This document shows, in pieces, positions 1-12,972 of a stretch of 64,000 nucleotides of DNA (its first letter is position 1; each line of letters starts with the position of its first letter). The DNA is taken from contig CATNEN010000039.1 in NCBI GenBank assembly GCA_950097015.1, positions 3,782,001 through 3,846,000 of the forward strand, in the 5' to 3' direction. Made by a program: the position numbers and the translations under genes. Under the pieces are notes generated by a model. That model worked only from the letters and a program-made list of their open reading frames with translations. It was not told the origin of the DNA and made no database searches. The DNA comes from Macrostomum hystrix (Eukaryota; Animalia; Platyhelminthes).

Positions 1-100
1 TTACCTCAGCCGGTATATCCCATTTAACAGGGTACAGAACTAAAGCAATCTTGAAGTCAGGATTTCGACGCTCTAACCACTCGACTATAACCCCTCTGAA

Positions 101-551
101 GCTAAATTTAATCTCCAGCTTGACCCGGCCTATTGGCTATTAATTATATGTATTTATTATTTGACAGGCACAATTTGACAGTCATTTAACGGCCAAGGCC
201 GATTAAATATATAGTCTATGGTCACAGTTGCTGTAAACAGTTTTAGTCACAGATTCTAGATTACCTATAATAATATAGAATATTGATAATATAGAATAGA
301 TAATATATAAATAATATAGAATCTGTGGTTTTAGTAGTGCAATCTCGTGAGCCGGGCCAAGGACTTTGATATAATCCCCAGCTTGGTCGGGCCTATTGGC
401 TATTAATTCTGTTTATTTATTATTTAATCGGCCTATGCCGTTAAATGATTTAAAGGCCTAGGCCGATTAAACATATAGTCTATGGTCACAGTTGCTATAA
501 ACAGTTTTATTAGTGCAATTTCATGAGCCGGGCGAAGCTTTAGGATTAAAT
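101..551. repeat. Two diverged direct copies of a ~180-bp element (about 106-365 and 372-551)
   Basis: Both copies share GGCCTATTGGCTATTAATT, GGCCGATTAAA and ATATAGTCTATGGTCACAGTTGCT...AAACAGTTTTA, and end in GAGCCGGGC. Confidence 0.65.
248..327. mobile_element. 80-bp miniature TIR element with 8-bp target-site duplication
   Basis: Termini CACAGATTCTA... and ...TAGAATCTGTG; GTTTTAGT flanks both ends (240-247 and 328-335); the related repeat copy near 501-515 lacks the insert. Confidence 0.75.
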
Positions 552-660
552 ACTATAATACCCCCCTGAAATCGTTGTCTATGGCCTAGGAACGGCTTCG
601 GACTGCGCTTCTGGGCCTCGGCTTCGCCTCGGCCAAGAAACGCGTCCTCAGCCGTTCCTA

Positions 661-1929
661 CACCTTTTTACTTTCTATTATAGAAAAGGTGCACTCGATA
701 TTGACATCGTTGCATCCAATTGTGACAGTCTGTGGCAGCGCTAGCTAAAATGTTCAACCTATTTTGACACACTTTGGTTCACTTCTGACAATTTGCATCC
801 GATATTGACAAACTTCAAGCTTTGTTGACACTTTGCAAGCAACTATGACATCGGGCAATCGATTCTGACACCGGGTTACAAATCAATGCCTTTGTCTCGC
901 TGTCTATGGGAACAAGTCTGCTCATATGCATCCATCTTTGACACTGTGCATCCAAAATTGACACAACATGATTGACACAACACAAGTAATAACTTTTCCA
1001 CAAACTATTCCTTTTTGCCATAGACTACGTGTACCATATACACCTTTTTACTTTCTATTATAGAAAAGGTGCACTCGATATTGACATCGTTGCATCCAAT
1101 TTTGACAGTCTGTGGCAGTGCTAGCTAAAATGTTCAACCTATTTTGACACACTTTGGTTCACATTGAACATTTTAGCTAGCACTGCCACAGACTGTCAAA
1201 ATTGGATGCAACGATGTCAATATCGAGTGCACCTTTTCTACAATAGAAAGTAAAAAGGTGTACGAGCAATGTGGCCTACGTGTGACATGGATTTAGGTTT
1301 CCGATGAATACATAGTTGTTGTCCTATTAAACATTTTCTCGGTTAGCCCTGCCGTTTAGCCTTTTGTATGGCCGGGGCGCGTGTCAACGTCAAAGTCAGC
1401 GAAGACGACAGGAGGCGCTTAATGAAAATGGTGACGACTTCGTTCACCTTGCTCATGCTTTAGGTATCAAGAGAACCACTGCGCATGCTATTGTTAGCAG
1501 TGGACGAGTAGAAAAGTTACCAAAAGGTGGCCGTACATTCATACGAGTGGAATTTGTTCGTACGTTACTTGAGGAAAAGTTATTACTTGAAGTACATTAG
1601 AGCAATATTATGTGAATAATGTTGTGTCAATTTTGGATGCACAGTGTCAAAGATGGATGCATATGAGCAGACTTGTTCCCATAGACAGCGAGACAAAGGC
1701 ATTGATTTGTAACCCGGTGTCAGAATCGATTTTGCCCGATGTCATAGTTGGTTGCAAAGTGTCAACAAAGCTTGAAGTTTGTCAATATCGGATGCAAATT
1801 GTCAGAAGTGAACCAAAGTGTGTCAAAATAGGTTGAACATTTTAGCTAGCACTGCCACAGACTGTCAAAATTGGATGCAACGATGTCAATATCGAGTGCA
1901 CCTTTTCTACAATAGAAAGTAAAAAGGTG
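661..1929 (+). mobile_element. Internally deleted Tc1/mariner-superfamily DNA transposon with ~310-bp terminal inverted repeats
   Basis: 661-969 is the near-perfect reverse complement of 1619-1929; TA is duplicated at 659-660 and 1930-1931; internal ORF fragment 1364-1600 (DDFVHLAHALGIKRTTAHAIV...KLPKGGR) resembles the N-terminal HTH of IS630/Tc1/mariner transposases; no DDE domain. Confidence 0.85.
1041..1260. mobile_element. 220-bp MITE derived from the same Tc1/mariner-type element and inserted inside it
   Basis: Starts CACCTTTTTACTTTCTATTATAG and ends CAATAGAAAGTAAAAAGGTG, matching the host termini; TA at 1039-1040 and 1261-1262. Confidence 0.88.
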
Positions 1930-3099
1930 TAGGCCAAAGAAACGAAATCAGGGGGGTATTATTCTATACGAGTGTGGGAATATTATGTAGTTTACCCTAG
2001 CATTGTTGTATTCCACAATTCATTGATTTGTCAATATGTATGATGCATGTATGCAGTAAAATTATTCAGTGCGACCGCGGGTTGGTGAAGCTTACAGTTA
2101 GTGTGATTTCGCTCCAGTACACACACACGCGCGGACACTTCGTCCGGGACACTTGGAGGCCGCTGTTGGAGCGATGCAGGCTATGTACGGAATTAATGGA
2201 GTGAAGGATAAAAGTCAGCTCCAGCTATATGCGGCCTCGGGACTTTGCATAAATTTGGGCGGGTGCGAGCGTAGCGCACAGCGCGGATCGATTAATGCCT
2301 TTCTAAAAGCTTGGTCATAAAGTGCAGAGAGCGAATCTAAGGATATAAATTTTTCATGCAATGTTCTAAAGATTATGGATCGTTGCCTCTACACGCGAAG
2401 CAGACAGGATCCAATTTAAACAGTGAAGACAGTGTGATTGTTCAAAGTCTTTGGAAATTGTAATTTATATTTTAGTTGTAGCTTTGCGGGCTTCCGCTGG
2501 AAGCAAGAATCAGGCGAGCTCGCGAGAGATGGAGCAGCTGGCTAATGGATAGACCCGAGCCATGCCCCCTGTCTCATTCTCCGTCATCAGAGTGGGACGC
2601 TCCGAACACAAGGAAAGGTGTACAGACACCCAGAACAGTTGCCAGTCCGGGGCCGCGCTCCCCTCTCCCTCGCACAGCCTGCGAAAAGCCCTTCTAAAGC
2701 TCGATCGCAGAAACCTCTGAGAGGTCAGCATGGTCAGAAGAGGATGCTCGTACAGATGCAGGCAGTCAATTTCTAAATGACGGACTGAAATACTATAATT
2801 TTCACCGCAGCAGTTGTACTACAGCAGTCCGTCCGTGGCAAAGGCAGTTCTCATTTTCACTTTCACATGCCAAAAGATGCCATAAGTGTGGAGGTCAGAA
2901 GAAGGACCTTTTCCCGTTGGAAAAGCTCTGAGGAGGCCAGAGGGAGATCCATGGAGGCACCCCAGAAAGCCACCCTGTGATCAGAAAGTCACCAGGCGGC
3001 TTAAGGCTAACCTTGGACTTTAAGATGAACTGGGTGCAACTGGGTGAGGTGGCCGCTGGCGGAAGCGCGCTTTCTCGGTGTTCACAGGCATCAGTGTGG

Positions 3100-3430
3100 T
3101 TTAATTGGCTCCCTGGCGTGGCGAGCGCATCATGCGGACCCAACAAGTGACTCACACAAGCAGCAACCTCCAGCTGGCGCGAGTCGAGATCAGCCCTGGG
3201 CTGGTCTTACTGTGCGACACTTCTACCGGTCTTCCATGCCCACTCGTGCCGCTAGAGCTTTGCCACACATCCGTTCGCAGCACATGACGTTTGGTGGCCG
3301 AAAAGTTCATGTGGGACAAAATTAACCGCGGCTTGTCAGACTTGCCAGGAGTCCATCGGCACGTCACCGCACCCATCGAAGGCATCCGGGCTCCCGACCA
3401 GCGCTTCGCCCATGTCCACATGGATCGCTC
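3100..3430 (+). pseudogene. Degraded Ty3/Gypsy pol fragment (integrase zinc-binding region and start of core)
   Basis: Frameshifted peptides LLCDTSTGLPCPLVP, RLVAEKFMW and VHRHVTAPIEGIRAPDQRFAHVHMD match the typical Gypsy integrase sequence order. Confidence 0.75.
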
Positions 3431-4600
3431 CTCAACGCTCACAGAGCTCTGCGAGCCACTGAGATAGCAAATGATAGCAGTTAGTAATAATCATAATATT
3501 CATAAAAATAAACAATATCATTTGGTGACAGTAGACCCGCAGCCAGCGAGGAGCTCCTGAACAGAAATGCAAACCGAAACATTCACATACTGTAGCCAGA
3601 ACATTCTGTATCGACTGGAATGAACCTCCATGGTTGAGTGGTTGACAGATTAATTAGTCGACAATATTAGGCCGCCACACAAAATTAGTATTTTGAGTGT
3701 TACACTCGTTGTACTCATTTAGAGCGTCATCATTTGGGTTGTGTGCTCAGGGCAGTCTAAAGTCGCTTTCAACCGACGATGCTGACGAGTCATGGGGTCG
3801 CTGATCGCCTGGAACTAAAATATTATTTCAGTAGTAAATTTACGTATAAAAAAACTAACTAAAAATTGATGAGGTAACGTTATTTATTTGGAGCTTTGGT
3901 TCGAAGGTATTTCAGAAGGAGCGTTTTACAGAAGTTCAGAAGTCCAAATGTGACCTGCCTCAATGTCATATGATTCATGCATTTACATGAAACCGAAAAA
4001 CTTTATCAATCTATCTGCCTACTCGCGATTGGCTCTTCAAAGTCAAGCAGTGTGTTTTGTGACTTCTATTTCATAAGAGATCTGCAAAAGCGCACCTGTT
4101 CTTTGTGTTCGGCGCGTCAGTAACTTTGGCTAGAGAAAGTTTAGTGTTTTTTAAGAAGGCCAGATGACCAACACCCTCAAGCTTGTCTCCACAGTGTTCT
4201 GTCTGTGCTGCTGTGCCAACCTGGCTGACTGCTATGCAGGTAAACTTCGTGCATACTCTACGAGCGCAGAATTTACGAGCGTAGAAGACCAGCCCTTAAG
4301 AATGCTGCAACCGTAATACACTTATCCTGATTGTTCTGATTCCTAACCGTCGAATCGTGGATTGTGAAATAGTGAGAAATTGTCTAAGTACTGACAGGTA
4401 CTGACTGAAGGTATGTACCTGTTCTTGACAAGCGTAACTCTCTGTTGGTATTTCATTGGCCCTAACAAATATGTTTGCGTGCTGAACTTTCCAGTGATAA
4501 TTTCAGTCAGCAGGTGTCCCCATGGAAGGTCCAGAAGCTCCGTCTAGATTAAGTCAAGTAGACATCGAGGCTGAGATAATGAGATAATGCATCGAGCCTT

Positions 4601-5433
4601 AGACTGCAGGAATTGGTACTTGGTTCTTGTACATACTGCTACCAGAGGGAAATACCCTGCGCCACTTAGACTGCAGGAATTGGTATACTTGGTTCTTGTA
4701 CGTACTGCTACCAGAGGGAAATACCCTGCGCCACTTAGACTGCAGGAATTGGTACTTGGTTCTTGTACATACTGCTACCAGAGGGAAATACCCTGCGCCA
4801 CTTAGACTGCAGGAATTGGTACTTGGTTCTTGTACGTACTGCTACCAGAGGGAAATACCCTGCGCCACTTAGACTGCAGGAATTGGTACTTGGTTCTTGT
4901 ACGTACTGCTACCAGAGGGAAATACCCTGCGCCACTTAGACTGCAGGAATTGGTACTTGGTTCTTGTTCGTTCTGCTACCAGAGGGAAATACCCTGCGCC
5001 ACTTAGACTGCAGGAATTGGTATACTTGGTTCTTGTACGTACTGCTACCAGAGGGAAATACCCTGCGCCACTTAGACTGCAGGAATTGGTATACTTGGTT
5101 CTTGTACGTACTGCTACCAGAGGGAAATACCCTGCGCCACTTAGACTGCAGGAATTGGTATACTTGGTTCTTGTACGTACTGCTACCAGAGGGAAATACC
5201 CTGCGCCACTTAGACTGCAGGAATTGGTACTTGGTTCTTGTACATACTGCTACCAGAGGGAAATACCCTGCGCCACTTAGACTGCAGGAATTGGTACTTG
5301 GTTCTTGTACATACTGCTACCAGAGGGAAATACCCTGCGCCACTTGGACTGCAGGAATTGGTACTTGGTTCTTGTACATACTGCTACCAGAGGGAAATAC
5401 CCTGCGCCACTTACGAGCGTAGACTGCAGGAAT
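4601..5433. repeat. Minisatellite, 67-bp unit (71-bp variant), ~12 copies
   Basis: Unit AGACTGCAGGAATTGGTACTTGGTTCTTGTACATACTGCTACCAGAGGGAAATACCCTGCGCCACTT. Confidence 0.95.
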
Positions 5434-8400
5434 TAAAAAACTAGCAAATGGTGATATGAGAAATTATTTTTTACTGACTCTTGACTTTAATTCTCAAATC
5501 CAGCTTAAGAGACCGAACACGATTGTGCACTTAAACATGAGCCCTGCAAATCATAGACGACTTTCCTTCTTTAAACAAATCTGCTGTGGAATTTATCATA
5601 GAAAATAGTTTTTTTTCATTTTCGTGTACATGCCAAAGCGATCACCGACTGCTCGTTGTGAGTTTTTTGGAAATTGAATTCAGGTTCTTAAACTGCACCG
5701 TATAAATACAGCAGCTTACTGAGTAACACTTAAAAACCCGATCTATACTGTCGCAAAATCTTATTGCAGACTGCCCTGATGAGGTCAACTTGTACTATTG
5801 CTATTCGTGTAAGTTTTCATTCGCATAAATTGCAGGCGCAGAGAGAAGAGAAAGTGCATGGAGCTTTTTAAAATGAGGCAGTCAAGAAAGTTATAGATGC
5901 TTCGCAAATACCTGCAAAAACATGCATCTTTCCGTTCTTCAGCCTTAAGCAGCAACTGCGAGGTGAATAAATTATTAAAATAATCACAATATTCTAGGGA
6001 ACATAAAACGCGCGCTGCGATCCGAGATGCGGCTTGCAGATCTGATCCGTGACAACTCCGCAAAACGGCGTCTGCTGGGGGATCGGCTGCTGTTCTTCAG
6101 TGCTTCGGAGACGGCAACGGAGCCGTTGGAAACAGCCGCGGCGACGTGGAAGGCATTTCTGCTTACAAAAAAGGCAAATAAATTCTGCCGGAGTTTTTTA
6201 CATCACGTTTGAGCACACGTGGAAATGCACTCAGAGAGTTTGAGTACTAAATGAGCATCGAAATAGTTTCAGGGCAGATATTAATGTAGATAAAAAGACA
6301 ATTCAACAAAATCTTTCAGGCTCTGTGGAACTGGGAGCTTCTTTCTGCCCGGCGGAAGGGTTTTACGTCACGTCTGTTGATCAGAAGATTCCGTGATCGA
6401 ATCGTAATTGTATAATTGGTGTTCTGGTTGACTTTTAGCTGCAATTCTGATATTGAATGGAACGAATGGATAAACCGCAAAAAAGGAGGATTTAAAAAAC
6501 GAATCCCACAAATATAAAGATTTTTTACTATGAGCACATTATGAATCTTCTATACATTTATTTGAGCAAATATACGAGTTACGTCATGTACAAGCAGTAT
6601 ACCCGGGTGTGCACCATACGCACGTTAATATAGAATAGCACGCAATCTATACAGAGTGTAGCTATACTATAGGCCCCAAATTTTGTACTGATCACTTAAC
6701 CGCGGATCCATCAACTTCAACACAGCTTTTTTGGTTGAAAAGTTAGTATCCTCGAACAATTGGTTCATTATTCCAAGTTAAAAATTAGGCTTTCAAAATA
6801 TTGATAAATTGGGATAAACTAAAAACGTAAATGACCTATCATAAATAACAGTTATCTGTCGGATCAGATCTTTACAGATATTTATTAACTGAGAATGTCA
6901 GTCACTTCATATATAGATTTGTATCATTAAAAAGTAATTATCTATAAATATTTCTGCAATATAAAATATCGGGGTTGGACGACAATATTACAGTCAAGCT
7001 GTAATATTAAAGCCGCTAGAAAGAATGCGTTTGCAAACAAAAAAAAACAAATTTCTTAAGAGCTCACTGCTTTGTTTTGCGCAAAAGGCCGTTTCAATCT
7101 ACAAAAACGTATGAAATAGTATATAAACGAGAAAATATTTTATATTCTTCTGATTCCAAGCACTTGCATATGGACTCATAGTGTGGTAACCCAAAGAATA
7201 CTCAACACAATATTCGTGACTGCCATGGTTTTTACAACAACGATTATTTGGTTACTTTTTGCGAAAAAAACTATTTAAATGAAACATAGAATTCGGCAAC
7301 TTTAAAACTGATTTAAGCGTCTGCGAAACCAGATGCCTGTAGTATTGGATTTGAATTTCATAGAAATACATGGCATGTGATAACTGGCTAGATTAAATGC
7401 TTGGCTATAGCTGCTAAATTTTAAAAGAAAATTTCAAGCCTTTGAAGAAACATGTTCAAGAGAGACCGTTTAGCATTTTATAACAAGGGTCATTGTAAAT
7501 TGAAAGGTTTTAATTGCCTTTGCTATTGTTAGCAATATGAGTTATATCGATTTTATAAATTGCATGTTAATATACTATATATAAAGTTTCAAAATTTATA
7601 ATCTGTCACAGGGTTTAGTTATAATATTTCCTTATAATTTAGATTTTTATTGTCCATTTGCATTTTTTACTTGAAATTCTCACCTGATAAACTTAGACTT
7701 ATTGTTTTGTAGATAAAAGTATTCTGTTAAAGTTAGAGGGGTATATTGGTTTCACTATTAAATTTGATCAAACAATTTTCTCATTGCTATTGAAAATATG
7801 GTATAATAACGCCTAGAATACAAAATATAATATTATAGTTCCAATATTTTACAATATTTTAACGTGCTATTATTGTACACTTTGTTATCATTTTTATTTC
7901 AATATTTCTTGTTCTTTCTTAATCTAGATCAAAAGACAAAGCAAAAAATTATCTTACAAAATACATATAGCAAAAATGCTGGTCCTACCTTCACGACAAT
8001 TTTTTTCTTTTCTTGTAAGTGATTTGCAATACCAAAGAGATTTTGCTTTTGCATTTGCAATCTGTCTGGATAGAGCTAAACATCAGATTACCAACAAAGC
8101 TTGAAGATAAAGCTGAGCCCAACGAACTAAGATATGAGTAAATCTGAACTTAGCCCTGTTGCTTTCTGAGACTTTGATAAAGAGGAATCCAGTGGAATTG
8201 ATTGAGCTGAACCTAAATGGCCTAGATGGAACTTTAACACTATGATTTTTAAGCATATTATTGCTTGATAGCTTTGGCTATTTGTTAACAATCACTATGA
8301 GTCCCTTAAAAATGTCACTTTGAAATCAATTATACTAAAAATGAAAAGTGTCGATATGCGTGTCAATTCACTCAATGTAAAAGCGAGTCTTGTCGTTGTT

Positions 8401-8541
8401 CAGTTACTGCTAATCACAGCCAATCATAGTGAGCCAATCACAATTAATGCATTTCTGTATTACTGTATTACTGTAATTAATGCATTAGTGTATTACTGCC
8501 AGTCACTGACAATCGTTGTGATTCACTGTCGGCTCTTTCAG

Positions 8542-8753
8542 TCGAGTCAACAGGCGACGGCGACCGAATGTCGACCGCGGCAGCGGACGTCCCAGCGTCG
8601 GCATCGTCAGCAGCGCTATCCAACTCCCCCAGAAGGCTTCCAGGCTCTGTTGGAAGGCTTCGCCTTGGAAGTGATGCGTCATCGACCCGGCGACATATAT
8701 GCTTTCGGAGCGGACTATTTTGAGCGCCTGCTCAAGCGTCGATGCGAAGATCC
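8542..8753 (+). CDS. Gene 1 exon encoding an RIIa dimerization/docking domain (SP17/CABYR/ropporin-like)
   Basis: PPEGFQALLEGFALEVMRHRPGDIYAFGADYFERLLKRR fits the SP17-type D/D pattern; acceptor CTCTTTCAG ends 8541; donor GTGAGT at 8754 (phase 2). Confidence 0.85.
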
Positions 8754-10595
8754 GTGAGTGTCTTTGCAATGAGGAGTATTAGCGGTAGAACTACCAAGGG
8801 GGTGTTTTCCGGGACAATTTTTTGTGCTGCAACCGAACGGAGCAACGCAAGCACAAGAAAATACGGGACAAATATTTGTTGCGCATCTTCTGAAATAACA
8901 ACCATGTAGCCAGCTCTTTAGACCGTCGAGATATATGACCGAAGGCCATAAGCGCTAGTGTATGGCATACACCCCTTTACTCAAATTAGCACTGCGCCTC
9001 AGTGCGGCCTTGCCAGGCCTTCAAAATTTATCAGCATGTCAATTGTCACCCGAATGTGCCAGCATCATCTCCGTCTTCGGTGTTCACCTACCTTTATCTA
9101 CACGATTTGCTGGACCTTCAAGGGCAACAACAGGTGAAAATAGTCCACTATGGACACCCTGACGCGAATGTCTCCAATTTCACTGCTCAAGCCTAAATAT
9201 AATATATTAGGCGCAGCTTAACCACAGAACACCATCGTCTAGTCTGTCAACCAATCAGTCACCACCCAAGGTTGTAACCATTCCGGCGCTGCCAAGAAAA
9301 ATTCAGGGGGATTTCTTCCCCCTCTTGGTATAAAAACGGGCGGCAAAACGGCTTGGTACGAGCTAGTCCTACTGTTAAAAATCAAGAGGCGCCGTGTTTT
9401 GGTTAAAATATTGGCAGAAATACCATTAAGCCAGACAGTGGACTCCGTACTTTATAAGACAAAATATGATAGGCTGGGCCAGAAAATGGGGCCAGTAGAG
9501 CGGAGAGAAAGTTATGGCGTGAAAACCCTGGGGGAGACGCAAGTCGCTGGTTAACAGCGATCGATAACTAAAGGGCAGAGAATGTACATAGCTAGGCCAG
9601 ACTCGAAGGAGGTTAGCGCGAAGGGGGGCACGAAGAAAATCGATAATACTCGTAGATTACGATCTGGATAGGGCAGACAGACAACAGGGGGGAAGAGAAG
9701 TAAAGGGCGCACAGTTAATAGGATTGACTCCTATAATAAGGGAAATGCAAGGAAGAAGCGAATGTTGGTGAAGCAGGAAAAGCAGGATGGGTATTGCAGC
9801 TAATTAAAGGATTAAATACTCACCATAAATAGCTGTGTTCACACGGGTGTTCACGTGTTCATTTAAGCTAACTAGGCTACCTCGGCTTGAAGATCACACA
9901 GCATTCTCAAAAGAATCCTTAACTTTCACGAGATCAGAATCCTCAACAGACACGAGAGGATTCTGTTCAGAGTCCACTAACGTTTTTTAATTACAGTTCT
10001 GTGGTTCTGCTTTTTAATTATCCAATCTGTCTAAAACTTCGATACCTTTTAGCTCCATCTCTGATTATCCTTTATAACATACTCTTTATACTTTGATTAA
10101 AAAGTTACTACTTAATTTATTCTGTAGCATAAAATTTCATGCTTTCCAAAATTTTACACAAAGATTAAAAACTCTTTAAAAAATCCCACTACTTACCACC
10201 GCGTTCAAAAGTAGCATGCTGCAATAAATTTCGCCATTCACAAGTCTATGAAGCGAAATTTTGGTCTGCAAATTTTAGTTTAACAAGTTTTATTAAACTA
10301 AGCCATACACCTGTATTAGGCAATTAATCATAAAAGTGCGATCGCGTCACCTTAGTATGCCGACTTCTTTTTCTAATTTGATTTTACCCTGTGGCACTGC
10401 TGTGGAGAACTGTGACAAAAGTGCATTCTAATTGGCCATGTCATCAGTTTAGATTTACTAAATCATATAATTTAGCCTGGTATACAGGATATATAGGAAC
10501 AGTAAAAATTATATCTATCCAAAATGTAAGATATTGATTAGTATATTCGTACATGTAAGAATTCGTAGATTCTTAAAGGCCAGTCGCGTCTAACC

Positions 10596-11608
10596 TAACC
10601 AGCTCTGTATCTAACAGACCTGCTCTGTATCTAACAGACCTACTCTGTATCTAACAGACCACCTCTGTGTCTAACAGACCTGTATCTAACAAGCCAGCTC
10701 TGTATCTAACAGACCAGCTCTGTGGCTAACAGACCAGCTCTGTGTCTAACAGACCAGCTCTGTATCTAACAGACCAGCTCTGTATCTAACAGACCAGCTC
10801 TGTGGCTAACAGACCAGCTCTGTGTCTAACAGACCAGCTCTGTGTCTAACAGACCAGCTCTGTATCTAACAGACCAGCTCTGTATCTAACAGACCAGCTC
10901 TGTGTCTAACAGACCAGCTCTGTGTCTAACAGACCAGCTCTGTATCTAACAGACCAGCTCTGTATCTAACAGACCAGCTCTGTATCTAACAGACCAGCTC
11001 TGTATCTAACAGACCAGCTCTGTATCTAACAGACCAGCTCTGTATCTAACAGACCAGCTCTGTATCTAACAGACCAGCTCTGTGTCTAACAGACCAGCTC
11101 TGTGTCTAACAGACCAGCTCTGTATCTAACAGACCAGCTCTGTATCTAACAGACCAGCTCTGTATCTAACAGACCAGCTCTGTATCTAACAGACCAGCTC
11201 TGTATCTAACAGACCACCTCTGTGTCTAACAGACCTGTATCTAACAAGCCAGCTCTGTATCTAACAGACCAGCTCTGTGGCTAACAGACCAGCTCTGTAT
11301 CTAACAGACCAGCTCTGTGTCTAACAGACCAGCTCTGTATCTAACAGACCAGCTCTGTATCTAACAGACCAGCTCTGTATCTAACAGACCAGCTCTGTAT
11401 CTAACAGACCAGCTCTGTATCTAACAGACCAGCTCTGTATCTAACAGACCAGCTCTGTATCTAACAGACCAGCTCTGTATCTAACAGACCAGCTCTGTAT
11501 CTAACAGACCAGCTCTGTATCTAACAGACCAGCTCTGTATCTAACAGACCAGCTCTGTATCTAACAGACCAGCTCTGTATCTAACAGACGAGCTCTGTGG
11601 CTAACAGA
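10596..11608. repeat. Minisatellite, 20-bp unit GTATCTAACAGACCAGCTCT, ~50 copies
   Basis: Direct inspection; one irregular block recurs at 10661 and 11216. Confidence 0.95.
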
Positions 11609-12514
11609 AAAACTTTCGGACACTAAAGAGGCCCTACAAATCATTCAATCATAAATCCATAAAAAATCTTCTGTGTTACAGTGTGGTCAGTCGAAACGAT
11701 TACAGCCTACAAAAACTTGCGATTGTCCATCGATCCTTTTCCTAGAAAACGCAAGCCAGCCTGCTTTGAGGCTCTCCATCGTAAATATCATTTGGGCAGG
11801 CTGCCGAGACATTCTAGATACATTAGGGGCTAATTGGGCATTGTGCCGCCAAGTCTTGATTGTATACAGAAGCCTTGACAGCGTGTGATTCGCGTGCCTC
11901 TCCGATGTCTCTCATCTTGCTTCTTTTTTCGTCTTAACTTTCCAATGACTTTCCAACGACTGAGTGGTCGCTGTTTATTGATCGGCCTGATGGGATCTAG
12001 GCCTTCAAGGCCCCGGACAGTCCCGACTGAAAAATAATTTCTGGGATGGAACATCTGTGGAGTGGGATCTTAAATAAGAAAAATACAACTTCAGGAGGCT
12101 GGAATGAGGAGTTCGAATTGGGGAAGACAGTTTTATCTGTCTGCGCCATCTTTTAACACCGCGAGGCAGGCGCATTTGCTGGCTCGGTTCCTTTTTTTGC
12201 CGATTTTCTTAAACTTCGCAGCAGGAAACGGCACTTCAAGCTGGCTTTTCTATACAATGTTGAATGAATGCTCTGGAGGAGTTGGAAGTTAATGATCAGT
12301 GCTTTGCTGGATTATCGTTGAATCTATTTACTCTGGCTATAAAGACAGTGAAACACTCGCAGCTATGGGATTCTGGCCTGGATTAGCAGGAAAAAGGCGG
12401 CAGGCATTTATCGAGTTTTATTACGCTGCATAGACATGTGCTATGCTGTGCTGTCCTTGCTGTGCAGTTTGATCAGGAAGACGTGAAACTGGTAGAGACG
12501 AGGCGCGGAAATAA

Positions 12515-12636
12515 TCAGACAGGGGAGATATGAGACAGTGGAGATAGGAGACAGGGGAGAGATGTGATAGGGGAGAGATGTGATAGGGGAGAGATGTGAT
12601 AGGGGAGAGATGAGACAGGGGAGATATGAGACAGGG
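12515..12636. repeat. Degenerate 17-18-bp GA-rich repeat (GAGACAGGGGAGAGAT-like)
   Basis: About 7 copies; the reverse complement resembles the internal repeat of the hAT MITE at 52485-52951. Confidence 0.7.
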
Positions 12637-12862
12637 AAGAAATACGGAGGCGAGCTGTTTAAAGGGGCCTTTCGAGCACAGATTTCTAACTGATACCAAT
12701 GCACATACGTTGCCGTACTTTACTCGAGTTTTAAATGAGCTAACTGTGCTGCATTCTGCACCCCAGTGCACTAGTGTCACTGGCGCCATGCACTTTAGTA
12801 AATCTTGACGCGAGTTTTGACGCATTGTAAATCGCAGTCACTCGATCCCCTCTACATTTCAG

Positions 12863-12924
12863 TAACTTTCCGGCTGTAAATGAGCCAGCTGCAGATTCCA
12901 CCGGCGCCACCGCTGGCTGTGTCA

Positions 12925-12972
<48 letters not shown>

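Larger units (their letters stand above)
555..1962. mobile_element. Short palindromic (hairpin) non-autonomous element, ~140 bp once the Tc1/mariner-type insert is removed
   Basis: ATAATACCCCCCTGA (555) pairs with TCAGGGGGGTATTAT (ending 1962); GGCCTAGGAACGGCT pairs with AGCCGTTCCTA|GGCC across the insertion; the central loop is GGCCTCGGCTTCGCCTCGGCC. Confidence 0.7.

Noticed and set aside
815-1836. Two near-identical small ORFs on opposite strands (815-1021 and 1612-1836)
   Set aside because: They are translations of the two TIRs of the transposon.
4601-5433. CRISPR-like appearance of this and other regular arrays
   Set aside because: Pure tandem repeats without unique spacers, no cas genes, eukaryotic context.
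9273-9900. Possible second solo LTR starting TGTAAC
   Set aside because: No matching CA terminus with a target-site duplication could be found.
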